From the NCBI RefSeq assembly GCF_003231495.1, contig NZ_PQWO01000002.1:450001-482000 (forward strand): DNA of 32,000 nucleotides, written 5' to 3'. The notes under the pieces were generated by a model, which made no database searches, was not told the DNA's origin, and saw only the letters and a program-made list of their open reading frames with translations. The first letter of the stretch is position 1; every line of letters begins with the position of its first letter. This document shows positions 19,067-28,094 of the stretch, in pieces. The stretch is from Acaryochloris thomasi RCC1774. Lineage in GTDB: Bacteria; Cyanobacteriota; Cyanobacteriia; Thermosynechococcales; Thermosynechococcaceae. Both the position numbers and the translations under genes were made by a program.

Positions 19067-19119
19067 CAAGGGTAAGAGTGGGATGCTCCCAAACAAATGC
19101 GTGGGGCTAGGGGCAAAAA

Positions 19120-19473
19120 TCAATTTTCAGGCTTTGCCTTTTTAAGTTTTCCGGGTCTGACTTGAACCTGAACGCCCCCAGTATCTTCGTACACCGTATG
19201 CTGCCGGTTGGGCGGGGGCACCAGCTCTACCTCCAGTTCACGCTTAGGCTCAATATCCTTCAATTCGCGAGGCTGGGGCTGTAGCTCAAACTCAAAGTCT
19301 TGGATACCCACTTCTTGGACGCCGAGACGCTCAGCGTCGCCGGGGACGTTAAGAATCTCCGCTTGGTCCGTGTTTAACTCATCGGCAGTGGGCTGGGCCG
19401 TAGCACTGCAGGGAAACAGGCCCAGGCACAACAGCAAAGAGGCAACTTTGAGGCTCTGCTTGGTTTTAAACAT
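19120..19473 (-). CDS. Small secreted protein (hypothetical)
   Basis: Signal-peptide-like N-terminus MFKTKQSLKVASLLLCLGLFPCSATA|QP. The mature part is acidic and Pro/Glu-rich. An alternative ATG lies six codons upstream at 19491. Confidence 0.5.
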   Translation of the reverse strand: MFKTKQSLKVASLLLCLGLFPCSATAQPTADELNTDQAEILNVPGDAERLGVQEVGIQDFEFELQPQPRELKDIEPKRELEVELVPPPNRQHTVYEDTGGVQVQVRPGKLKKAKPEN

Positions 19474-19929
19474 AGCGATTATTGAGCGCAACTCAAATGA
19501 AATATGACTTTAAATCTAGCATATTCAAGATTTTGTGATCTTTTATACTTTACATTCTGTTTAAAGGAGAAAAATTGAGCGTAGGAGCGCTATTTGCGAT
19601 CGCACTTTCTCTACTGATCAATGAGTCCTATTCACCCATCGTTGATTGACTTAAATATTCAATCTTTGGCTGTGCTGCTGTTGTTGAAGAATGGTATTCG
19701 TCCTTGCCCAAGTCCAAAGTTAGGTCTAACGAGTGTTGTTGATGCGATCTTAATCTTCGAAGAGAGTTGCTTAAAGAGACGTTAACCTCTGCGGGTTGCG
19801 ATATCGTCAAATTTCTACCTATTGGTACGTGTAGCGCCCCCCATTCCTGGTAACTTGAGTAGAAGACTCTTAGCACCCAGAGAACGCTAAGTTCCCCTCG
19901 CCCTTCACCTCTGGCAAAAAACACCCTCT

Positions 19930-21108
19930 ATGCGCATTGCCCTCTTTACCGAAACCTTTGTCCCAAAGGTCGATGGCATCGTTACCCGCCTGATTCATAC
20001 CGTCACGCATCTACAAAATGATGGTCATCAGGTTCTCGTCTTTTCGCCGGATGGCGGTATCACAGAATATCGAGGCGCTCAGGTCTACGGCGTCTCTGGC
20101 TTTCCGCTACCGATGTATCCTGAGCTGAAGCTTGCTTTGCCGCGTCCGGCCATTGGAGAAGCGTTAGAGAAATTTCAGCCCGATTTGGTCCATATTGTGA
20201 ATCCTGCTGTGCTGGGGCTGGCGGGATTGTTTTTTAGCAAGGTCCAAAATATACCGCTAGTGGCGTCCTACCATACCCATTTGCCACAGTATCTGAAGTA
20301 TTACGGATTGGGCTTACTAGAGCCTGTTCTCTGGGAGCTTTTAAAGGCAGGACACAACCAAGCACGACTCAATTTATGTACCTCTAGTGCGATGGTAAGT
20401 GAGTTGGAGTCCCACGGCATTAGGCATTTGGCCCTCTGGCAGCGTGGGGTCGATATCGATACCTTTCATCCCAGCTTGGCGGATCGAGAGATGCGATCGC
20501 ATCTCAGCCAAGGTAATCCAGACAGTCCCTTACTGCTGTACGTCGGTCGGCTTTCTGCCGAAAAAGAGGTGGCTCGCATCAAAGAAGTGCTTGCTGCCAT
20601 CCCCAATGCGCGTTTGGCACTGGTGGGCGACGGTCCCCACCGCCAGGATTTAGAGCAGCATTTTGCCGGTACCCCCACCTTCTTTGCGGGTTATATGACT
20701 GGTAAAAAATTAGGCTCTGCCTTTGCTTCCGCTGACGCCTTTGTCTTCCCCTCGCGCACTGAAACCTTGGGTTTAGTCCTGCTGGAGGCGATGGCTGCAG
20801 GTTGTCCAGTGGTGGCAGCTCGCTCGGGTGGCATCACTGATATTGTCCAGGATGGCGTTAATGGCTACCTATTTGACCCCAACGATGAAAACGGGGCCAT
20901 CAAAGCAACCCAGAAACTACTGGGTAATCCCGAAGCCCGAGAAACGCTGCGAACCAGTGCCCGACAGGAAGCAGAGCGCTGGGGCTGGGCCTCAGCCACC
21001 CGACAACTCCAGCAGTATTATCAAACCGTCCTCGTAGAGGCGGGCCGCAGTCAGACGCCCCCGGAGCCGTCTAGACGCTTTGGAGCGCAAACAGAGCCCC
21101 TAGATTAA
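19930..21108 (+). CDS. sqdX: Sulfoquinovosyl-diacylglycerol synthase-like GT4 glycosyltransferase
   Basis: The N-terminus MRIALFTETFVPKVDGIVTRL and the blocks ASYHTHLPQYL, YVGRLSAEK, FVFPSRTETLGLVLLEAMAAGCPVV match SqdX as I remember it from Synechococcus and Synechocystis. Confidence 0.85.
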   Translation: MRIALFTETFVPKVDGIVTRLIHTVTHLQNDGHQVLVFSPDGGITEYRGAQVYGVSGFPLPMYPELKLALPRPAIGEALEKFQPDLVHIVNPAVLGLAGLFFSKVQNIPLVASYHTHLPQYLKYYGLGLLEPVLWELLKAGHNQARLNLCTSSAMVSELESHGIRHLALWQRGVDIDTFHPSLADREMRSHLSQGNPDSPLLLYVGRLSAEKEVARIKEVLAAIPNARLALVGDGPHRQDLEQHFAGTPTFFAGYMTGKKLGSAFASADAFVFPSRTETLGLVLLEAMAAGCPVVAARSGGITDIVQDGVNGYLFDPNDENGAIKATQKLLGNPEARETLRTSARQEAERWGWASATRQLQQYYQTVLVEAGRSQTPPEPSRRFGAQTEPLD

Positions 21109-21109
21109 C

Positions 21110-21772
21110 GTGCAGCGAATTCCTGAACCTGACCTGATGGAGGGTGATTTGCAGGCCCGTGCTTACGCAGAAGCCGACTTTGAAGAACCCCATCGCTATT
21201 GCCTAGAACTCCTGCAGAATCATTTGACGCTGCCGGCGACCGGGAGAGCTTTAGATCTGGGCTGTGGCCCCGGCGATATTACGCTGCGCTTTGCGCGTGC
21301 ATTTCCGGGTTGGCGCGTGGATGGCGTCGATGGCTCAGCAGCGATGCTGCATTATGGCCATCGGGCGGTGACCCAGGCGAACCTACAGGAACGGGTGCAG
21401 TTGCTGCAGGCTTATCTGCCCGACGGAACGGTCCCTCACGATTGCTATCCGTGTATTTTCTCGAATAGCTTGCTGCATCACCTGATCAATCCTGATGTGC
21501 TGTGGCAGTCTATCCATCGCTGGGCAGAGCACGGCGCTGGCATCTTTATCATGGACCTGATGCGGCCGGAGGATAGAGCAACAGCCCACAACATGATGGA
21601 GACTTATGCTGCAGGCGAGCCAGAAGTGCTGCGCCAGGATTTCTTTCACTCTTTACTGGCGGCTTATACCTTGACGGAGGTTCAAGATCAACTCGCCCAC
21701 GCTCGTTTAGATCAGCTACAGGTCAAAGCTGTAAGCGATCGCCACTTCATTATTTGGGGACAATATCTCTAG
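21110..21772 (+). CDS. Class I SAM-dependent methyltransferase
   Basis: Motif I ALDLGCGPGDIT and post-I VDGVDGS. The GTG start is 1 nt after the sqdX stop. An alternative ATG at 21134 gives MEGDLQ.... Confidence 0.75.
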   Translation: MQRIPEPDLMEGDLQARAYAEADFEEPHRYCLELLQNHLTLPATGRALDLGCGPGDITLRFARAFPGWRVDGVDGSAAMLHYGHRAVTQANLQERVQLLQAYLPDGTVPHDCYPCIFSNSLLHHLINPDVLWQSIHRWAEHGAGIFIMDLMRPEDRATAHNMMETYAAGEPEVLRQDFFHSLLAAYTLTEVQDQLAHARLDQLQVKAVSDRHFIIWGQYL

Positions 21773-22410
21773 AGCGGCTGTAGGCATTCGGGCCCATCAA
21801 AGGCCGCATTGTTGACCTGAGTACTCACTGGAAATACCTCAAGATTTTGCCCTGGCATGGCGTCTAGTAAGTCATGAATCTGCTGGTTTTGCTGTGCCCA
21901 AGGGTCTAGCCACTGCTCGTAGAAGTCGGGATTAATAATCACCGGCATTCGATGGTGAATTGGCTGCATATCAGCATTGGCGGCGGTGGTGAGAATGGTG
22001 CAGGTCTCAATCTCTTGCCAGGTGTCCCAAAGTCCGGCAAATGCGAACAGGGGCTGGTTCTGTAGTTGACAGTAAAAAGGCTGCTTCTGATTATCAATCT
22101 GCTTCCATTCATAAAATCCGTCGGCAGGAATCAGGCAGCGCCGATGGCGAAAGGCAGTGCGAAAGGAGGGCTTCTCATGGGCGGTTTCTAGGCGAGCATT
22201 AATCATCCGATGGGTTGCGTTTGGATCACGCGTCCAGGAGGGAATTAAACCCCAGCTCATCAGCCGAAAATGCTGACCGGACTGATTGACAATGACGCCT
22301 AGGGGTTGTGTGGGGGCAATGTTGTAGCGTGGGGGCGGTATTCGATCTAGGGTGACGTTGAACGTAGATGCGATCGCATCTGGCTGCGTCAGGGTAAACC
22401 GACCACACAT
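21769..22410 (-). CDS. SOS-response-associated peptidase (SRAP/YedK-like, abasic-site processing)
   Basis: MCGRF N-terminus with the Cys2 nucleophile, NARxET-like NARLET, FYEW and HHRMPVI blocks. Its stop overlaps the convergent methyltransferase stop (CTAG). Confidence 0.85.
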   Translation of the reverse strand: MCGRFTLTQPDAIASTFNVTLDRIPPPRYNIAPTQPLGVIVNQSGQHFRLMSWGLIPSWTRDPNATHRMINARLETAHEKPSFRTAFRHRRCLIPADGFYEWKQIDNQKQPFYCQLQNQPLFAFAGLWDTWQEIETCTILTTAANADMQPIHHRMPVIINPDFYEQWLDPWAQQNQQIHDLLDAMPGQNLEVFPVSTQVNNAAFDGPECLQPL

Positions 22411-22497
22411 AGCGTCCTCCCGTACTTAGTAGACTATTTGTACTATACATGGAATCACAGCCACAAGGCTAGAACTCAAGCCCCCGTACACGTAGCT

Positions 22498-23208
22498 TTA
22501 GGAACGGCCCCTGGCAAACACCTGTGTTTCTATGGATAGGTCGTTTGCTTCTTCTATTTTGCCAGCTAGACAAACCTTTGCTGTCTGCTTATTGGCAATA
22601 AACACCTTCAGCCCCACGTTCGGGAGTCCTGCTGCTGAAACACCAGCAAGAGGACTACAGTTCGGGGATGTCGATATAATCGCGTCGACTAGAGGGTCAC
22701 CCTTGGTTCCTACCTGTCGAAAAATTTGGTTGTCTAGATCGTCATCTGCTGTCATCGTATCTTTTCCGTTGGAAGGTTCTAGGCGATAAACAACCTGAGG
22801 CCCCTGCCATACGACACCGCTGGCAGAGCGAGTGTAGTATCCTACGGCACGCTCAGTCCCACCTGCATCCGATGGTTTCAAAAGATAAAAAATAGGTGTG
22901 TATAGCGAAGATGATGTATCTGTCCAGTCAGAAGGAACCGTTGCAGAGATTAGCGTTGCCTCTCGCACATCGTCGGCAATAAAGTCCAAGGCCCGATTGA
23001 GTTCACCTCGCCTATCAGTCTGCCCCTCAGCTTTGTCATTGGCATCAATAATCGTTAACAAACCCGAGAAAGCGACGGTGACAACAACACTGGTAATGGC
23101 TGTGGCAATCAGTAATTCAGGAAGTGTCATTCCCCTATCAAATTTAGAATCTGACTTAGAACGACCGAAGCTAAGGTGTCGTACAGCTGGGAGCTTCATT
23201 AGGGTCAT
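22498..23208 (-). CDS. Prepilin-type pseudopilin (PulJ/PilW-like minor pilin)
   Basis: Class III signal ...KFDRG|MTLPELLIATAITSVVV, with Glu at +5 and a hydrophobic helix. ELNRALDFIADDVREA resembles GspJ/PilW proteins. There is a C-terminal Cys pair. The ORF overlaps the upstream gene by 38 nt (29 nt if it starts at 23199). Confidence 0.7.
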   Translation of the reverse strand: MTLMKLPAVRHLSFGRSKSDSKFDRGMTLPELLIATAITSVVVTVAFSGLLTIIDANDKAEGQTDRRGELNRALDFIADDVREATLISATVPSDWTDTSSSLYTPIFYLLKPSDAGGTERAVGYYTRSASGVVWQGPQVVYRLEPSNGKDTMTADDDLDNQIFRQVGTKGDPLVDAIISTSPNCSPLAGVSAAGLPNVGLKVFIANKQTAKVCLAGKIEEANDLSIETQVFARGRS

Positions 23209-23671
23209 AGTTACCTGTGCGCATTAAGCCAATACCATTGGAAATCGCTAAGCACTTAGGGGCCACGCTTGAACCAGGGACTGAGAGCGAAATAATTCCG
23301 TTCTGATCTACACCGCGATTACGCCCCTTAAAGTCAAACCTAACGATCCAAGGATTATCGGTTCGAGAATGCTCAATTCTAATCTGATTTAACAAGCGCT
23401 CCCCCGTGATTAAGCAAGAGCCAGAAATTGTCTGATTGATGCCCGTAGGTATATTAACTGTGCAGTCTTGACTCCGCCGGATGGCTTCACGCTGGGATTC
23501 TCGCAGAGCACTTTCTAGCCTTGCGAGTCCACTGTCGCGCTGTTTCGATTGAAACCACTGCAGAAAGCTTGGTCCTGCGATCGCAGCCACAATGCCAACA
23601 ATGACGAGAATAATGCTGGTCTCAGCCATCGTAAATCCCGTCACCTTTGATCGAGATGTAAAGCGAATCAT
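23171..23671 (-). CDS. Prepilin-type pseudopilin (GspH/FimT-like minor pilin)
   Basis: MIRFTSRSKVTG|FTMAETSIILVIVGIVAAIAGPSF is a prepilin peptidase site with Glu at +5. The C-terminus carries a disulfide-loop Cys pair. Its ATG overlaps the upstream stop (ATGA). Confidence 0.75.
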   Translation of the reverse strand: MIRFTSRSKVTGFTMAETSIILVIVGIVAAIAGPSFLQWFQSKQRDSGLARLESALRESQREAIRRSQDCTVNIPTGINQTISGSCLITGERLLNQIRIEHSRTDNPWIVRFDFKGRNRGVDQNGIISLSVPGSSVAPKCLAISNGIGLMRTGNYDPNEAPSCTTP

Positions 23672-23916
23672 CTACTTCTGAGGACAGTCCTAATAATGCT
23701 TTGAGCTTGAAATTCCTTGGTCAGAGATTCCCCCACCCCCAAATAATTACTGACTTTGCACAATTGTATCTTGCTCAATCCTGAGAGGGTGGAGAAGGGA
23801 TCCTCGTCAATGTTAAATTCTAAATCAACGCCAGTTGTGTTTGGGCCTGGATCTTGTCTGCGGTTATGGAGCAACCACAGTCCTCCCTTTTGCCAGAACA
23901 TCAAATTGGGCATCAT
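23668..23916 (-). CDS. Hypothetical protein, first gene of the pseudopilin cluster (no prepilin signal)
   Basis: The stop overlaps the FimT-like ATG, which argues for real translation. The longest ORF (to 24000) would overlap the divergent sugar-transferase start head-to-head, so I prefer the ATGATG at 23916 (MMPNLMFWQKGG...). The start remains uncertain. Confidence 0.4.
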   Translation of the reverse strand: MMPNLMFWQKGGLWLLHNRRQDPGPNTTGVDLEFNIDEDPFSTLSGLSKIQLCKVSNYLGVGESLTKEFQAQSIIRTVLRSR

Positions 23917-23991
23917 AGTTGAGGGAGAAGAACCGCGATCGCCTATCGGTGAAAACCTATCAGCAGAGTCTATTAGGGTGACTGAAATTTC

Positions 23992-25407
23992 ATGTCTCAA
24001 CCTCGATTGAACAAAAGGCGTTCAGTGGGCACACTGCAGCGATGGATACCCCTGCTTTGGTCTCTACAGCGGTGGATTGATGCGGGGCTCGTCGTTGTTA
24101 TTCTTTGGGGTTTGAGCATCATTCAGCAGGTGCCCTGGACTGCACCCTACACAATGTTGGCGGTGCTGACGGCCGTGATCACGCCATCTTTGTTCAATGC
24201 TGCTGGACTCTACCGTGCAGAATCTCCTGGGTCAGGCCCTGGGGCGCTCCTGGGCGGATGGAGTCTGGTGGTCATTTTTCTGTTGTTTGTGGGATTGATT
24301 ACAGAGGCATTTTCATCTTTTTCTTGGCTGCTTCTGGGGCTGTGGATCGTTGTCGCCCCAATTGTCTTATTGACGCTACGTTTTTGCCTCAAGAGGTACC
24401 TCCGTCGGCACCGAAAATCGGGCCTCAACAATCGCAAAGCCGTGATTGCGGGCACAGGGGAGCTAAGCGCTCAACTAGCGCGTCAGCTACAGGCCAATCC
24501 AGAGCTGGGATTTCAGTTTCAGGGGTATTTTGCAGAATCAGTCGATCTACAGGGAGATCGGATTCAATATCGTCCGCTGATCGGCAGGCTGGAGGAGCTA
24601 CCTGAATTTGTTCGTCGCCACAATATTGATGTGGTCTATATTGCTCTATCTATGCAGGCTGAAGACACCATTGCTCAGCTCATTAATGAGCTGCAGGACA
24701 CAACCGCCAGCGTCTATTTTGTCCCGAATTTGACACTGTTCCAGCTCATGCAGGCTCGCATCCATACGCTTCAGGGTATGCCTCTGGTCTCGGTGTGGGA
24801 GGTGCCGTTTTCGGGGTTACAGAGCATCGCTAAGCGATTGATGGATATTGTGGTGTCGGCTATTGCCCTGATTCTGCTGTCGCCCGTAATGCTGGGAATT
24901 GCGATCGCAATTAAACTCACCTCCCCTGGTACTATCCTCTTCAAGCAGCATCGCTACGGTCTCAGCGGCCGAGAAATCACCGTGTATAAATTCCGTTCAA
25001 TGGCCGTTGCCGAAAACGGAGCTGACGTAAAACAGGCTCAAAAAAATGATCCAAGGGTGACCCCTCTGGGTGCGATTCTCCGCCGCACCTCCCTTGATGA
25101 GCTTCCTCAATTTATAAATGTGCTGCAGGGGCGCATGAGCATTGTTGGTCCTCGGCCCCACGCCGTTGCTCACAATGAGCACTACCGCAAACTTGTCCAG
25201 GGCTATATGCTCAGACATTTGGTTAAGCCTGGTATCACCGGCTGGGCTCAGGTCAACGGTTTCCGAGGTGAAACCGAAACCCTAGACAAAATGGAACAGC
25301 GCATTAAATACGATCTCCACTATCTCAATCACTGGTCGCTCCTGCTAGACATCAAGATTATCCTGAGAACAGTGCTGGTTCTAACGGGGCAGAAAAATGC
25401 CTACTAA
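23992..25407 (+). CDS. Polyprenyl-phosphate sugar phosphotransferase (WcaJ-type EPS priming enzyme)
   Basis: N-terminal TM helices and a central Rossmann-like region (AVIAGTGELS). C-terminal bacterial sugar transferase blocks: ILFKQHRYGLSGREITVYKFRSM, DPRVTPLGAILRRTSLDELPQFINVLQGRMSIVGPRPH. Confidence 0.85.
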   Translation: MSQPRLNKRRSVGTLQRWIPLLWSLQRWIDAGLVVVILWGLSIIQQVPWTAPYTMLAVLTAVITPSLFNAAGLYRAESPGSGPGALLGGWSLVVIFLLFVGLITEAFSSFSWLLLGLWIVVAPIVLLTLRFCLKRYLRRHRKSGLNNRKAVIAGTGELSAQLARQLQANPELGFQFQGYFAESVDLQGDRIQYRPLIGRLEELPEFVRRHNIDVVYIALSMQAEDTIAQLINELQDTTASVYFVPNLTLFQLMQARIHTLQGMPLVSVWEVPFSGLQSIAKRLMDIVVSAIALILLSPVMLGIAIAIKLTSPGTILFKQHRYGLSGREITVYKFRSMAVAENGADVKQAQKNDPRVTPLGAILRRTSLDELPQFINVLQGRMSIVGPRPHAVAHNEHYRKLVQGYMLRHLVKPGITGWAQVNGFRGETETLDKMEQRIKYDLHYLNHWSLLLDIKIILRTVLVLTGQKNAY

Positions 25408-25421
25408 GCGGTGGAGGGGAT

Positions 25422-25724
25422 ATGCACAATCAACGAATTTTCAGAACATCAAAGCAGCTAGCAAAGAAATTCCAAAATCACTCTATTCAACTCCCCAGCG
25501 ATAAGGTTGAAGGGCTTCTTTACCAACTCTGTGTTGAGCTAGGTTTTTGCCTTAGCTCCAAAGTAAATAAGAGGCTAGCGTACAGTCCTCCCAAGAATCC
25601 TCAACGTTTTGCTGAGGTCGTGATGAAAGCAGATGGAGTGTCTCCTTGGAACTCAGAACTTTATGACAAAGTTTTCTCCCGCGTTTACAAAGTATTTTTG
25701 ACAGAATTGCCAGATGATTGCTGA
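25422..25724 (+). CDS. Hypothetical protein (100 aa)
   Basis: The ORF starts 14 nt after the sugar-transferase stop on the same strand. I recognise no motif. Confidence 0.45.
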   Translation: MHNQRIFRTSKQLAKKFQNHSIQLPSDKVEGLLYQLCVELGFCLSSKVNKRLAYSPPKNPQRFAEVVMKADGVSPWNSELYDKVFSRVYKVFLTELPDDC

Positions 25725-25790
25725 AGAGCCTCTCAGGTTTCTAGCGATGGATCCCTGAAGCACCTTAGCTCACGCTAGGCTGATGGACTT

Positions 25791-27365
25791 CTAGTGAAGA
25801 AAATGGCGAGTTTGTGTAAAGGCCATGATCAGACCCAGCTCGTCGGCGGCTGTGATCGAGTCCTGATCGCGGATGCTGCCACCGGGCTGCACAATGGCAG
25901 TGATGCCTGCCGCTGCCGCTGTTCGCACTGAATCATCAAAGGGAAAGAACCCATCGCTGGCCAGAGTTGCGCCCTGTGCTTTTTGATCGGCCTGGTTCAG
26001 GGCAATTTTGGCAGCTCCCACGCGGTTCATCTGTCCGGCTCCGACGCCGACGGTGGTGTGGTCGCGGGTGACGACAATCGCATTGGATTTGACGTGCTTA
26101 CTGACTTTCCAGGCGAACATCATTTCGGCAAGCTGCGCCTCAGTGGGCTTAACCTGCGTGACAATCTGCCAGTCGCTAATGGACGTCAGCGTTTCATCAG
26201 CGGCCTGAGCAAGCCAGCCACCGGCAATCGCCTTAACCGTCATTGATGGCCCCTGTGTGAGATTGCTAAGCTTCAAGAGTCTGATATTGGGTTTAGCCTT
26301 CAGAATTTCAAGGGCCTCTGGATCACAGTCTGGAGCCACGATGCACTCCAAGAAAAGCTTGGTGAGTTCCCGAGCGGTCGCGGCATCAAGGGCGCGATTC
26401 AGGGCAACAATTCCACCAAAGGCGGAGATACTATCAGCCGCGAGGGCTTTTTGATAGGCCGTGACTAACTGGTCAGCCTGAGCAATGCCACAGGGATTGT
26501 TGTGCTTCAGAATCGCGGTGGTGGGTGGCTGATCAGGCCCCACGAACTCGGCAATGATTCGACGAGCCGCCTCTAGATCAACAAGGTTGTTGTAGCTGAG
26601 GGCTTTCCCCTGGAGCTGAGTGGCCCCGGCCCAGCCTTGTGCGGCCCCGGTTTGGTACCAGATGGCAGACTGGTGTGGGTTCTCGCCGTAGCGCAGTGTT
26701 TGCAGGGCTTGACCGCTAATTTGGAGCTGCTGGGGGAGATCTGCTCCTGTGGGGTTGGTGGCTTGGGTTAGATGAGTTGCGATCGCACCATCATAGGCGG
26801 CCATCAGGGCAAACACCTGCTGTGCACAACCCTGTCGAAAGGCAAGGGAAGGCTGACCATTGTGATCCGTCAGCTCTTGTAAGTAGGCATCATATTGCTG
26901 AGAGTGACAAAGGACCGTGACGTGAGCGAAGTTTTTCGCCGCTGCTCGCAGCATCGTCGGCCCGCCGATATCAATCTGCTCCACGGCCTCTGTCAAACCA
27001 TCGGCGGGGGTAACACCCTGGCTCTGCTGCGCCTCAATGGTCTGCTCGAAAGGGTAGAGATTGACGACCACCAGATCAATGGCTTGAATATCATTCTCTT
27101 GCAGATCTACTTGATCAGACGCCAGATCGCGACGTGCGAGAATTCCACCGTGGACTCGGGGATGGAGGGTTTTAACACGGCCGCCTAAAATCTCGGGGGC
27201 ACCCGTATGGTCCGCCACTTTTGTTACGGCCAGTCCCGCCTCCTGGAGCACTTTGGCAGTGCCGCCGCTGCTGACTAGCGCGAAGCCATAGTCGTTGACA
27301 AGCCGTTGAGCGAAGGGGATTAGCCCGGTCTTATCGGACGTACTGAGGAGTGCCAGTGGAGCCAT
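25791..27365 (-). CDS. purH: Bifunctional AICAR formyltransferase / IMP cyclohydrolase
   Basis: MGS-like N-terminus ALLSTSDKTGL...SSGGTAK, VKTLHPRVHGGIL, and C-terminal QPGGSIRD...TRHFLH. The 524-aa length is typical. Confidence 0.92.
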   Translation of the reverse strand: MAPLALLSTSDKTGLIPFAQRLVNDYGFALVSSGGTAKVLQEAGLAVTKVADHTGAPEILGGRVKTLHPRVHGGILARRDLASDQVDLQENDIQAIDLVVVNLYPFEQTIEAQQSQGVTPADGLTEAVEQIDIGGPTMLRAAAKNFAHVTVLCHSQQYDAYLQELTDHNGQPSLAFRQGCAQQVFALMAAYDGAIATHLTQATNPTGADLPQQLQISGQALQTLRYGENPHQSAIWYQTGAAQGWAGATQLQGKALSYNNLVDLEAARRIIAEFVGPDQPPTTAILKHNNPCGIAQADQLVTAYQKALAADSISAFGGIVALNRALDAATARELTKLFLECIVAPDCDPEALEILKAKPNIRLLKLSNLTQGPSMTVKAIAGGWLAQAADETLTSISDWQIVTQVKPTEAQLAEMMFAWKVSKHVKSNAIVVTRDHTTVGVGAGQMNRVGAAKIALNQADQKAQGATLASDGFFPFDDSVRTAAAAGITAIVQPGGSIRDQDSITAADELGLIMAFTQTRHFLH

Positions 27366-27461
27366 TCTTTACCGTATTCCTGTGGTTATTTGCATCTACC
27401 AGCATAAGGGCAGAAGCATCTATGGAAAAATGAGGGGACTGTTAACCCCAGAATAACCATC

Positions 27462-28064
27462 GTGTCGCTATCAATCCTTGCATGGCCCCCTGAATCAACC
27501 TCCGCTACCCGTCTACTTGTAATGCTGCATGGCTGGGGATCCAATGCTGAGGATATGGCCGCTTTCGCACCGACTTTAGACCTGCCGAACTATCGCTATT
27601 TGTTTCCCAACGGACCTTTCCCTCATCCTCAGACACCGGGTGGCTGGATGTGGTATGACCTGTCCACCCAAGATCCAGACGGATTAGCGCATAGCCGCAA
27701 GTTGCTGCTGGACTGGATACAGTCTCTGCCTGAGAAAACCGGCATCCCACTGAGTCAGACCATTCTTGGTGGTTTTTCTCAGGGCGGAGCCATGACTTTA
27801 GAGGTCGGTCTAGGGCTACCGGTCGCGGGTTTGATTGTGCTGAGTGGCTATCTGCATGGGCTGGACCCTGAACAAGATTCGCAATCCTGTCCCCCCACCT
27901 TAATCATTCACGGTCGCCAAGACGAGGTTGTGCCTCTGGCGGCGGCTCAGATGACGCGGGAGACCCTTGCTGCTAGCCAGGTTGATTACCATGAATTTGA
28001 CATGGGACATGAAGTCATTCCTGAGGCGCTTGGAACGATGCAGCAGTTTATTCGGACATTGTGA
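27462..28064 (+). CDS. Phospholipase/carboxylesterase-family alpha/beta hydrolase
   Basis: Nucleophile elbow GFSQGG, acid HGRQDEVVP and histidine MGHEV in the expected order. 200 aa with a GTG start. Confidence 0.8.
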   Translation: MSLSILAWPPESTSATRLLVMLHGWGSNAEDMAAFAPTLDLPNYRYLFPNGPFPHPQTPGGWMWYDLSTQDPDGLAHSRKLLLDWIQSLPEKTGIPLSQTILGGFSQGGAMTLEVGLGLPVAGLIVLSGYLHGLDPEQDSQSCPPTLIIHGRQDEVVPLAAAQMTRETLAASQVDYHEFDMGHEVIPEALGTMQQFIRTL

Positions 28065-28094
28065 GAGCTTTAAGCGCCAGCCGTTCGCTAACTT

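Noticed and set aside
19628-19924. A 98-aa minus-strand ORF in the sqdX upstream spacer.
   Set aside because: It has no start context or motif, an odd Ser/Leu/Arg-rich composition, and it would end 5 bp from the sqdX ATG on the opposite strand. I treat it as non-coding, and the spacer itself is flagged as a finding.
27366-27461. I looked for a ZTP (pfl) riboswitch upstream of purH.
   Set aside because: The 96-nt leader and spacer lack the conserved GGGTCGTGAC.../CCGCCTGGGC-type elements. It is most simply a short divergent promoter region shared with the esterase gene.
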